NCBI GenBank assembly: GCA_003344405.1
Contig: NOWV01000180.1
Coordinates: 62,001 to 126,000, forward strand
Length of the DNA: 64,000 nt
Source of the DNA: Trichoplax sp. H2
Lineage: Eukaryota
Reading direction: 5' to 3'
The translations under genes were made by a program, and so were the position numbers. Below the pieces are notes generated by a model. It saw only the letters and a list, made by a program, of their open reading frames with translations. It was not told the DNA's origin and made no database searches. Shown piece after piece: positions 52,132 to 64,000 of this stretch (its first letter is position 1; each line of letters opens with the position of its first letter).

Positions 52132-55100
52132 TTAAGTAGAACTCTTAAACTTTCTCGCTTGCTGAGCTTGCAGGTTTGATGTGGAATGACCCTCATTACT
52201 ACTATATGAACCCGAGTCTCGTCTTGACATAGTCTTACTTTGTGTTTTTTTAAGTTTTTCAATCAGTTCTGGAGGTAATGCACGCTTTTCAACAACATAG
52301 TATAAGGTATCTTTGGTGATTGGCATTAATATACTATTACAAACAGCTATAAAAATAAAATATACCAACAATATCAATTATATTGCTTTCTACTGGATAA
52401 TATCATTCTATCTGTACGCGCATATAAAGATCGTTTACCTATAAATGTACTGTGAGCATTAGGGAAGGCTTTATCTTCACGAATTCTGAGAATTTTCCAA
52501 GTTCTAGTTTTGCCATCTAAACAACATTCCACAATTTTACTATCGAATTTATTTAGGCCTTTACCCTATAAAATTTAAGGGCAATTAAGCGAAAATTAAA
52601 ATTTTTATAATGTAGCACCAAATACGACCTGCATTAGAAAGAAGCCAGACCATTAAAAATAATATATATATAATATCTAGCTATAGTAGCATGTCAGTCA
52701 CTAGTCTTACTGGAATAGTTGCTACATGACGTTGTGAATTGCCATAGCCAACATGTAAACGCGCTTCTTTCGTAGGAAGGCAACTATAAGCAGTGAAGTC
52801 ACAACAAATTTCACACATTTTACGCGTATAAAATATATATATATTTTACGTAAGGTTTGTCTTGTAGATAAACTGAGAATAGGAAACGAAATTACTTTGC
52901 CTATATTACCCGTGTTTTTCAACTTTTACAAGATGGAGTTTGAAGTCTACAGTATTTAATTCAGCAGGCTTCCATTTAAGCACAGTGTCGCACCTCCCTG
53001 GTATATACGGCTGTAAGAAAAAAGCGTTTTCAATATTGCGTTACACTGCTATAAAGTTATATGAAAACAATTGTATCTGCTTACTTCGTCTTCCGGAGAA
53101 AATATTAAACCGTCTGTCTCATGAAATACCTTTTTTGTAAAGGTATCGAGGACCTGAACCGAAATTAAAAGTTAATAAATGTTCATTTCAATTTAAGAAT
53201 GGCGACTATAATAGACAAACAGGCTTACATATCTAGCATCTTTAGCATCAAAGAACTGCTTATTTCTGACACTAAATGTTTCCTTAGTTTTATCTATAAT
53301 TCCACGAGCAGCCTGTAGTAACGAAAGAGAAATTATGAAGCAATGATGATATATACGTATAGGCAACAAAATATACGCGTATGAGTATATAAAATGTGGT
53401 TCATTAACAAGATAGTACGATAGGCTAATAAGAAAATATTTTCTTACTGCTTGATTTCGAGGACTAATAATTTCTTTCTCTATGATTGCCATGCGTTCTG
53501 ATTGTTTTTTATTACCAACATTTTCATCCTTGAAACATACACATTACGCAAGAAACAACTTTAATTCATGGTAAAACGGTTTTAATTTTTTGAATTAAAA
53601 TATTATTCAAAAACTGTTAATATGGTCTACCTCGAAGCAAATGATATCATATATTAGATAACGGGGATAATATTGATCTCCATTTGGAGTGGAAACTTTA
53701 TCGATGACCATCTCACCATCTAATAGGGTATTTTCGATATGGCTATTCAGATCAGATCCGCGAGGAAATTTTAAGTGAGGTATCTTGAATATGGAATTGT
53801 TTCGGTCGATCATGTAGATTTCATCATTTTTATGTATTAACATCATATAACTAGGGAAATTTTTAACAAAAAATAATTAGATGGAGTAACCCGCCAGTTA
53901 GCTATGCAACATTTGAGCTTAACTCTTACCGAACACCATCTGCCTTCCAGCTTACTCGATACCTTCTGTCTCTTAGTAATGTAATGTTATTATAAGTTAA
54001 AGATACCGGCTGGCTACCGGGAAATCCTCCCCTATAAATTATACATGCAACGATGTTAGTTTTTACTATGCGAAATAGTAAAGCATAACAACAGCTTTTT
54101 TAACATACTCCATCCATCCACATTTCTCTTGACAAAGTTCTTGTAAATCAGACAATGATTGATCACGGACAGGCACTGGCCCTCTGACTCCTTCCATAAA
54201 TTTAGGATCCTATTGTAGAGTTACTAAGTTATCTATACGTATTTTATATCACATTGACTATAGGTATTGATCATGATAGCAAACTTGTGTTCTTATTCGA
54301 TAATTTTACCGAAAAAGCGCAAATAGTAATAAAGACTAACCAAGATTAAATGCTCGTTACGCTTCCTCTTTTTTCGAGAAGATACAATCTCTTCGTCACT
54401 ATGTGGATCCTCGTTGCACCATTCAGGCAATTCAGGTGTTGATATATAATCAAAGTCGCCATTTGGATCATACCGTTGCGCCAATTCTTTCATGTAATAA
54501 CCTTTGTATATACCAGGAGATCGAGCCTTTTAAAAATGATTACAGTAAACTAATTAGATAGAAGACACTCTTGGGGGATATTAATATCGAAATTTATAAA
54601 ATATTTATGAATGGTACAAGCACATTGCATGATAGCTATTTACTATAATATGTATGCATATATATGTATACATTAGAGCCGGCTATAAAATATTTAAATA
54701 ATAGGTAAAATGTATGCTTACACTGGCGAATTCGCGTAAAGCGGCTTGGACACTAATGAAAGAATAATAATCCAATGTTGAGTATACGGCAGATTTAATA
54801 ATTTAGGTATGTCAATAGGTCAGATACAAGAGAGTCTATGTACAGTACTTAAATGATATGTAAGGTACAATGTAAAGATTTGAGTATATAAGCAATAATA
54901 GAATGAGAAAAGCTTGAAGGTGTATAATACTATTGCACTGAAATTAACACCTAGTAAATACTTTGTACCGAACTTACAACATTATTATTATCACACTGCT
55001 TTTATGTTAACGTTGAACTAGTTAGAATGCGTCTTCCTAAAGGGTAATACCACTTGCGTAATTGTAATCATTTATGAGCAGCATACCTCCAGTCTTCTTT

Positions 55101-56431
55101 TTCTATCAGATAACAACATATTAAGAATCCTGTTCTATTGAATCCATGGGTACAGTGGATACCTTGAGGTGATAAAAAATAAACTCTAAAGTGTGGACTA
55201 TTATAAATTATAAACTATTGGAATATCAACAAATGAATAAATTGAAACGAATTGTAATTATTTTAAGGATGTTATGAAATTATAGATTTACTATTAGTAG
55301 TGTAGAACTATAATCCATCTACAGTACTATCAGATAGATGAAAAATGGAAATAATTTTGACATTGATTAAGATCGAATCATAACCGTGATACAAAAGCTG
55401 ACTATAATTACGCATGACATGCTATCTGGTCTTCAATCTCACCAATTACGCTATTAGGATTATTTTGAATAAATTTCATGCATATTTCGATGAAAAGTGT
55501 GCATTGGTCAGGAGAAGGAACCTCACCATGACTAGTGGAATAAATATTTAAAAAAGTTTAGCAAACAAGTTGTAATTAAAGAGATAGCATGACTATCATC
55601 AGTGTGTAGGTAAGCCAACTGATTGGATTATTAAAGTACAACTTTTAGTAGCAGTTTATGCTTCATTTTATTGTGGTAACGCGTTACTTCATGACCGTTA
55701 AATGTGAATTAGTTAGGCATAATTACAACAATTTACCCTTTTAATCTTAATTTTAAGTAACCAGCATTATTGGATTCTACTTCACTTTTACTATAAAAGC
55801 GATCAGTGTTGGTTAAGTCAATGATCAATCCCAAATTGATCTATAATCATGGGGTAGAAGAATAAAAATATTAATTTATAGACATGATTTGATACATTCG
55901 CATAGTTGTCTACTTTGATATGCAATGAAGTTAATAAACTGGTGTTCAATTAATGTAGTTGGTATGTCTTATTTCACTCTATAACGTTGTATTAACAGTA
56001 AAATTATGCAGTATCGAAGTTGTAGATGATATTTAAGATTTTACTGTAGTATACTTTAAGATAACAGTCTACGTCATATTCCTACATTCAAAAATAGATT
56101 CAAGTAAAATTTTAAAATTCTAGCTAACCTTGTATGCGTTAGTAAATTGAAAGAGCATATTGATATCGAATCGATCCTCAATAGGAATTTGGTCGTTGTA
56201 TCTACTATCCAGAGGTACTTTAAAAGGTAAAAATTTGCCTATAATATGCAAAGACAACAAAGAATGGGGAATCGCAAACATTGAGCATTTAGCATGGCTG
56301 CAGCAAGGATAAATTGTTGTTTTAACTTGGCTGTTGAAGATATTGTACGAACCTGCAACGACGTTTCCACGACGTGGGCATTTCAACCATCTCGGTGGTA
56401 TCGGTAGTGAAAACTTGTCAGAAGTAGACAT
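52132..56431 (-). CDS. RNGTT: mRNA capping enzyme (RNA triphosphatase + guanylyltransferase), multi-exon
   Basis: [32 protein letters not shown]; cysteine-phosphatase loop [34 protein letters not shown]; motif [59 protein letters not shown]. Confidence 0.96.
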
Positions 56432-56835
56432 TTTTGTTGTTCTCTCTTATTCAATGCTTGTTACTACAACCATAATATTGACGATATAATAGTGTTGCAA
56501 TCTAGATTTAACAACAAACGCAAAACCATTGTACAAGTTAAGATATTGTTCTTCTTATTGGCGTCGAGAATGACATCTACAATCAACGCTTTGCAAATTG
56601 TATCATTGCATCCATGTATGTACATCCTATTATAAGACATGTAGTAGTAAGTGCAGCTGCTTACCAAAGATTAGTTGATTAATAAATGATCGTTCTTGCA
56701 AAGATCCAATACTCCGTAGTACATTCAATGCTGTGGAACTGCCTCACACTTGAGCAAAATGTTGTCGCAATGAATCAAAACAAGTCCAAGCACAACCAAC
56801 CCCAGGTACAGATAAAGTCGGAGGTATTACCCTAT

Positions 56836-58806
56836 CAATGCTTCAATCAATTTTCAAAGGGGGAAAGTCTAAATTGTAGAAGATAACTGATCTTCAGCAA
56901 GTTAATTTCATCCAAGAGACATAAGTAGGATTTTTCTCACTGAAGGATTTTCCACTCGTCACGATAACCAGTGTCAATATCGCTTGCTGTGAGTGCCACT
57001 GAGTGGTGACCAATTGGTTAGCCTTGTTCTTTTTCCTAGGTCAGATTGCTTGATATGGTATCAAAACGAGTGTTATGAATGAGTATGCTGTCCTAGGCTT
57101 GCGTCACTCTCCTCGTCGTCTAGTGACTGGTCGTACTGAGTTTGCTCACATCAGAACAATCAAGAACCAGTGTCACAGTACTCATAGCTCATAGTACAGT
57201 ACAGTACAGTAGTACTCTTTAGTGTATTGTACTGTACTGTACAGTATACAGTACTGTAGACTGAGTACAGTACAGTACAGTACTGTACTGGTATGGGTTA
57301 CTCGATGACTGTACTGTACTGTACAAGTTTACAACTCGTCAACGGTACCGGTGTGGCGGTGTGTGAGTTTTATGCTTCCGCATTCGTACCGTACCGTACC
57401 GTGCCGAACCGCCACCGATAGCTGAATTCCAACGACTGGCGCCTTGTGTAATCCTAACATTCAATGTCATTCAGTACTGTACAGTGTACAGTACACAGTC
57501 AAAAGTCAAGAAGATGAGCATTAGGCCTGACCTACTGTACTGTACAGTGTACAGTGTACAGTACAGTACAAATGGGAAGTAAAAAATGCTGGTCAAAAGT
57601 CAAGAAGATGAGCAATAGGCCTGACCTACAGTACAGTGCAATTGGCAAGTAAAACATGCAAGTAAGCACGATTGGCAAGTAAAAAATGCAAGTAAAAAGT
57701 CAAGAAGATGAGCAATAGCCCTGACCTACAGTACAATACTGTACAATATGGCCAGATCAGATGCTGACATGTTGTACTGTACTGTACTGTACTAGTAGTA
57801 CAGTGTACAGTTTACAGTACTTGACCCGATTGATTGACTGTAGAGACTAGAGACGGTAGAGGNNNNNNNNNNNNNNNNNNNNCAATGCTTCAATCAATTT
57901 TCAAAGGGGGAAAGTCCAAATTGTAGAAGATAACTGATCTTCAGCAAGTTAATTTCATCCAAGAGACATAAGTAGGATTTTTCTCACTGAAGGATTTTCC
58001 ACTCGTCACGATAACCAGTGTCAATATCGCTTGCTGTGAGTGGTGACCAATTGGTTAGCCTTGTTCGTTTTCCTAGGTCAGATTGCTTGACATGGTATCA
58101 AAACGAGTGTTATGAATGAGTATGCTGTCCTAGGCTTGCGTCACTCTCCTCGTCGTCTAGTGACTGGTCGTACTGAGTTTGCTCACATCAGAACAATCAA
58201 GAACCAGTGTCACAGTACTCATACCTCATAGTACAGTACTGTACTCTTTAGTGTATTGTACTGTACTGGTATGGGTTACTCGATGACTGTAGTGTACAGT
58301 ACAAGTTTACAACTCGTCAACGGTACCGGTGTGGCGGTGTGTGAGTTTTATGCTTCCGCATTCGTACCGTACCGTACCGCGCCGGGCCGCCGATAGCTGA
58401 ATTCCAACGACTGGCGCCTTGTGTCATCCTAACATTCAACGTCATTCAGTACAGTACACAGTCAAAAGTCAAGAAGATGAGCATTAGGCCTGACCTACAG
58501 TACAAATGGCAAGTAAAAAATACTGGTCAAAAGTCAAGAAGATGAGCAATAGGCCTGACCTACAGTACAGTGCAATTGGCAAGTAAAACATGCAAGTACA
58601 GTACAGTAAGCACAATTGGCAAGTAAAAAATGCAAGTAAAAAGTCAAGAAGATGAGCAATAGCCCTGACCTACAGTACAATACTGTACAATATGGCCAGA
58701 TCAGATGCTGACATGTTGTACTGTACCGTACTGTACTGGTAGTACAGTGTACAGTTTACAGTACTTGACCCAATTGATTGACTGTAGAGACTAGAGACGG
58801 TAGAGG
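56836..58806. repeat. Near-identical duplication flanking an N-gap (56836-57862 vs 57883-58806) in the RNGTT/SMNDC1 divergent promoter; probable allelic haplotypes
   Basis: The sequence after the gap restarts at caatgcttcaatcaatttt, the same as 56836. Differences are SNPs and indels, mostly within CAGTA tracts. Confidence 0.88.
57498..57735 (+). repeat. Three ~40-bp direct repeats (aaaagtcaagaagatgagcaataggcctgacctacagtac) at ~100-bp spacing; repeated in the second haplotype copy at ~58461-58678
   Basis: Units near 57498, 57592 and 57695, separated by CAGTA tracts and ggcaagtaaaa sub-repeats. Confidence 0.85.
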
Positions 58807-58961
58807 TCGTCACACTGTACAGTACAGTGTACAGTAGTCTGCAGTACTGTACATACTGTACTGTACAGTACAGTACAGTAGCCTGCAAAACTTACTGTTG
58901 TACAACTAGTACACTAATAAGGCAACAAAACTGTTAACGCTCTCCAAGCTAACTAGAAAAA

Positions 58962-60972
58962 ATGTCCTCTTTAGCCGAGCTGCAAAGCAATTTATCTACC
59001 TATCAGGCACAATTACAACAGGTAAATAATATCCTTTCAGTGACAAGCCCTATCCCTAGTATACTAATTGATTGAAATCGATATGCAAAGTAAACTCTTG
59101 TATATCTATTGATGCGTATATTGGATATATGTAGGTAGAAGCTGCCTTGAAAGCTGATGAAGGTAATGAAGAATTGATGAAACTTCAACACGACTTAAAT
59201 GTGAGTACGATAGACAAGCTATTATAGTCATCGAAATACGTAGAATATTGCCATGGTGTACCATCACAACCCAAAATAAAATTGCCATTTCTAAACTGAT
59301 ACCGATAGTTTATAATTAAAAATTAACCGATGTATTAAACTGATCGTCTCAATCAATCTGCAATCAACGATCATCACATTCATTCAACATTTCTAGTAGT
59401 ATGTTGATCATTGAATATCTTAAAATTTCTACCTTGGACATGAATTGTAAAATCATATTACTCCATACATTACTATAAATGCAATAAATTAACTTAGACC
59501 TGCATGTTGTTTTAACTTTGACATGTTCACTTTTAGGAAGTCATAAATTTAACAGTTGATTTGATTAAATTGAACACCAAAGGAGAGGTAAGTACTCATG
59601 TAGACAAGTATATTTGTAAATTTTGTAGGATTGTATCATTCATTGAAATCCTCAAGTTCCAAATTTCCAATGAAAGGTCCCTATCACGGTAGCTAACTTT
59701 AATCACTTTCTATAGACAAAGGCTGATGCTGTTGTAGGGACATCGTGGAAAGTTGGCGATAAATGTCAGGCTGTCTGGAGTAATGACGGATTGTACGTAA
59801 ATTAGCATGGTCTACGGTATCATTTTTAATTATACGTATGCTACCATGAAAGATACTGTACGGTAGTAGCAAAGTTATTCCATACTCTGTTGCTGAATTT
59901 CATTATACTGTACATTTATGTAAAATGATAACAATTCAAAGAATAATACGTATAAATGTACATATATATGGCAGATATTATGACGCAGATATCATTGAAA
60001 TATCGGAAAATCAATCGACTTGCGTTGTTACCTTTACTGAGTATGGAAACACTGAAACGGTTAAGGTAAGTCAGTACTAGCTCTATAATAGAAAATGGAC
60101 TCGATACCATCTTTTGATGCGGATGATTGTATACATACATTGACGCTTTGATTATTGAGCATAACAGTCCTACATTGATTCATTGTAGTTAAACTCGCTT
60201 AGACACGAATCAGAGGGCGTAAAAAGACCGATATCTGACGTACTTAGTGAAACCAAACCTGAAAGCAGCAGGTACCATCGATTTACAAAAAGCAATGCTA
60301 AAATCTTATTAATCAGTACAGCGTAATTGATCGTCTATAAGGAAAAACTTAAATGCTTTAACCAACCCAAATTTTTTGCCAGAGCTAAAAAAGAAAAATT
60401 TAAGGATTACAAGCGCAAGAAGGCTTTAAAAAAGCAACAAAAACTTAAGGTAAAACTATATTGAATATTCTATTTGTTAATGTAGACTTGGATGAAGGTA
60501 GCACTTGCAAACATTGCAGCAGTACTCGTAATCGAACCACTTGTTATAGTTTACTCATTTCTGTATCCATATGTAAAAATATAGGACTTAGAAAAAGAGA
60601 GAGAGACAGAAAAGAGTAAATGGCAGCAATTCAGTAATAAGGTAATTACATATATTGTATCCGTACAGTATATGCTTATGTTCTATAAGATTCAGTTGTG
60701 GCTCGGTCCTTTTTTAAAACTTGATTCATGGTTTAATAATCTTGCATATCAAAAACTTTTTGTAGGGCTCCAAAAAGGGTCTATTGAAGAGAAGTATTTT
60801 TGCATCCCCGGATAGTGTAACTGGGAAGGTACGCTGATCTATAACTGAATATTTTCATCTTAATTTTCGCTATATTAAACACTGATGTAAAATTTAGGTC
60901 GGAGTTGGAACATGTGGTATTAGTGGCCAACCAATGACTACATACAATGTCCCTCATATTTATAAGAAATAA
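58962..60972 (+). CDS. SMNDC1: Survival of motor neuron-related splicing factor 30 (Tudor domain), multi-exon
   Basis: MSSLAELQSNLSTYQAQLQQ|VEAALKADEGNEELMKLQHDLN|EVINLT; WKVGDKCQAVWSNDGL|YYDADI...VVTFTEYGNTE; KRKKALKKQQKLK; EKERETEKSKWQQF; KRSIFASPDSVTGK|VGVGTCGISGQPMT. Confidence 0.95.
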
Positions 60973-62414
60973 ATATCTTTATTTCACATGCCTTTTTATA
61001 TTTTTCTGTATTGGTATTCAATCCTTAACGATTAACCACCAATGAAGACTGTATTGTCAATATTGTATTATATTAGCTACGAAATATTAGTTAAATGATA
61101 TAATATTACTATGCCATACAATTATATCGTCTACTAAAGGTAGACGTGCATAATTTTCTATCCAAGTCGTTTCATTTCATGTAGATACGATGCCGCGATG
61201 AGGAATTTCTCAAGATCTATGCTATTTGTTAGCGAGACACAACTTACGGTACGTTGCACAGAAATGTGCTCAAAAATATATAATTATCATCGACAAGTCT
61301 CTTAGTACTGTATTTATTGTTCATCGGTGTGCAATTATCTTGTTGCGTGATGTAAATTTCGTGTAAACTATGGGTACAGTGGAAGTATACTTGCTTTCTT
61401 CGCGCAATCAATCAGAACTATAAATTATCCCTGTTAGAAATTTTTCACATTTGCAGATTTGTTAATAAAGTTATCTTAAGAAGGAAGTATAGCGTCCACT
61501 TTATCTCGAATATTATCGATAAGTCAATTAATTAGACGATTGTAAAAATTTTAAAATCTGGCCTAGCTTGCGGCTTAACGCGAGATTCCACGGTCTACGA
61601 AAATGAAATACTATATTTTCATTAAATTAAATTATTAACCATTTTGCGACAGAACATCTTATGCTACATGAGCTCATTTAATAAGATCATAGCAAGAGTT
61701 TGAATTGGACTATTATAGAAATTTGGGCACTTACAAATACGATTGTGGTGATCAAGACGTTATATAAATCCCTAAACATCAGGGTAATTTAAATTTTGAA
61801 TGTTAAATAATGTCGCTATAAAAACGAATACCTTAAAGTAAGAAGCGACTTTGCCCTTACGATGGCTGCCGCTTTTCCGAGCCTTTATTAGAAAACAAAT
61901 TTGACAATAAAATTAGAGTTATACGCCACATCGACGCGTATTTCGCTTTTAATCCGGCGTTAATGAAAAGCTATCCATGTACGATTGGTTTAGCTAATAG
62001 TTGAATCTACTTTTTCTGATTGAAAGAATGCAGCCATTAATGAAGTTCAAAATAACAAGGTTACCTTAAACAGAAACTAAATATTCCTTGGACATAAAAA
62101 ATGTCAAATGACATGCATTTCTTGATAGCGGTACTGAAGATTTACAAAAGGACCAGAAAATGTATCTCAACGTAAATATTAGGGTTAGGGTTGCGATTCT
62201 AAGAATAATCGATAATTACAATCTACGTTGACATCAATTCACGATGTAGTAATCATTAAACATAGACAAGCGACAACCCATAATATTTAGCACTTTTTAT
62301 TTCATATTGCTAATTTGATAAATGAACACATTAGCATATCGAATATCGTCGTAGTAATAGAAGACGCGTCAAAACACAATAGTACGATCGTTAGAGCAAA
62401 TTACAACAGCCCCA

Positions 62415-64000
62415 TTACAGCTTGTTAAATGCTGCGACATCAACACTTTGGACCTAAATCGTATGAGAGTAAGAATAATTCAGAATGATCATGAGAATAA
62501 TTTCTGATTTACTGATGACAGGCCTTTACTGTATAATACATAATACAAGGAATATAAAGACAGCTAGAACTTTCATATCTATACAGTAGTAATCTATAAA
62601 GAAATGTATTGTAATTACCAAGTCTTCAAATTCTACTATCTTTTCTTCCAAGAAGTCTGTGCCAACTTTATCATCTTCCACAACACAAGAGATTTGTAGC
62701 TTCTTTATACCGTAACCAACTGCTACTAATTTCGCTATTTAAAAGGTGACAATAAAATAAATTGAAGTTATTACTAAATTATACGGTATCAATTAGTTAG
62801 CAATCTAGTAAAGTCTACCTGGTCCCCATAGAAGACCATCCGATTCAATTGTTCTTACTAGTCTTTCCATTTCAGCCATGTCTAATTTAATAATATCAAT
62901 TTAATTTTTAAGATTTAATTTAAACACATAACTACTGTACGCTGATAGTTATCACTAAGTAAATAAATGATAGGTGATGGTAATAATGCCATACCAGTTT
63001 CATCGTCCCACTTTCAAGATTGTAGCGTCAAGAAGAAATAGAACAGCTTTTTAGGCTTAATAATTTCGTTAAGTTACTATACAAAATACGTGCGTATAAC
63101 GTAGTAGTCATACCGGTTTTACATCAAGGATGATATTGGATTTTGCTATTACAGGATTTTCTAAAAACATAGATATGAAGAAAATGCTTAAATATCGTGA
63201 AAACTCGTACGTTTAAATCTTAATACATCTTATAAAATCAAGAACGATGTGAATCTTTTACAACAGCAGCATATAGCAAGAACATACTCTTAGCTTTGCG
63301 CTTCTCATATTCAGCTATTCTTTCTGCCTTTACATCTTCCGCTTCATCTGCCTATAATTCAAAAAATACAACTATGTCACTAAATAATGTAATGCCGACA
63401 ATGATAGCATTTAGTTATCATTTACATCATCGTCACTGCCGAAAAGATCGAAGTCGTCGTCATCTTCAGCGTCTTCTTTGTCCTCTTCCTGATATTGGTC
63501 ATCGATGGAATGAAAGCGATAGCAATAAAATAGGATTAACAGTTATGCGGATATGTCGGAAAATAAGTCACTAAAAGGGTTAGATTGCAGTTCTTATCTT
63601 CGATATTAAAGCTATTTGCCTAAACTTGATACCTTGCTATTAACCTGCGTTGCCGTTGCATCTTTCTTATCATCTAATTCAAGTGTCTTAATTCTTGCTT
63701 CAAGCTTTGCAACTGCTTTCTCCAAACTAGTTGTCGCTAAAAACAAGAACGATCGTTATGTAATCATGTCTATCTATGCCACTTTATATTATTATTTGTC
63801 GTACAATGTGGGTTTATCCATAATTAAATTTTGCAAGATAGATAAACTACGAGTACATGCAATTACAGTATATAATACAAAAGCTGTACAATACAGCTAG
63901 ACTCTGGTAAAATACTTATTTATGCGATAAGATATAGCGTACACTAGTAGAACAAACATCAATACAATATGCGCACCATCATACTGAAAGTTACCTTTCC
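62415..64000 (-). CDS. EEF1D: Translation elongation factor 1 delta/beta-type GEF subunit, 3' part (5' end lies beyond the window)
   Basis: Leucine-zipper-like [17 protein letters not shown] favours delta over beta. [88 protein letters not shown]. Confidence 0.88.

Noticed and set aside
57498-58680. CRISPR-like repeat-spacer appearance
   Set aside because: Eukaryotic context, no cas genes, spacers are mutually related low-complexity sequence, and six units arise only because of the gap-flanking duplication.
62179-62190. TTAGGGTTAGGG telomere-like sequence
   Set aside because: Only two units; compatible with chance.
62454-64000. Intronic snoRNAs in the EF-1 gene (EF1B-family genes often host them)
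   Set aside because: No convincing C/D box pair with terminal stem or H/ACA architecture found by eye; an Infernal/snoscan search would be needed.

Overview
AT-rich, intron-dense, compact eukaryotic (animal) genomic DNA. Short ~100-bp GT-AG introns and the gene content suggest an early-branching metazoan such as the placozoan Trichoplax (inference only). Genes reconstructed by hand: a signal-peptide JmjC 2OG-oxygenase (+), three paralogous peroxisomal acyl-CoA oxidases (one -, two tandem +), a single-exon multipass membrane protein (+), sepiapterin reductase (-) head-to-head with DNA polymerase epsilon subunit 2 (+), an intronless Ser/Arg-rich orphan ORF (-), mRNA capping enzyme RNGTT (-) head-to-head with SMNDC1/SPF30 (+), and the 3' part of an EF-1 delta-type gene (-). 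Both N-gaps are flanked by near-identical duplicated sequence, probably uncollapsed alleles. The most notable non-coding signals are: (i) a hypervariable, palindrome-forming (CAGTA/TACTG)n motif that clusters at gene 5' ends; (ii) tiny CATGGACTACTAGAAG inverted-repeat elements with 7-bp target-duplication-like flanks, resembling P-element excision footprints, that sit in that same motif; (iii) paralog-specific intron gain/loss and a GC-AG intron among the ACOX copies; (iv) a triplicated exon/donor junction in SPR. No rRNA, tRNA or CRISPR was recognised.
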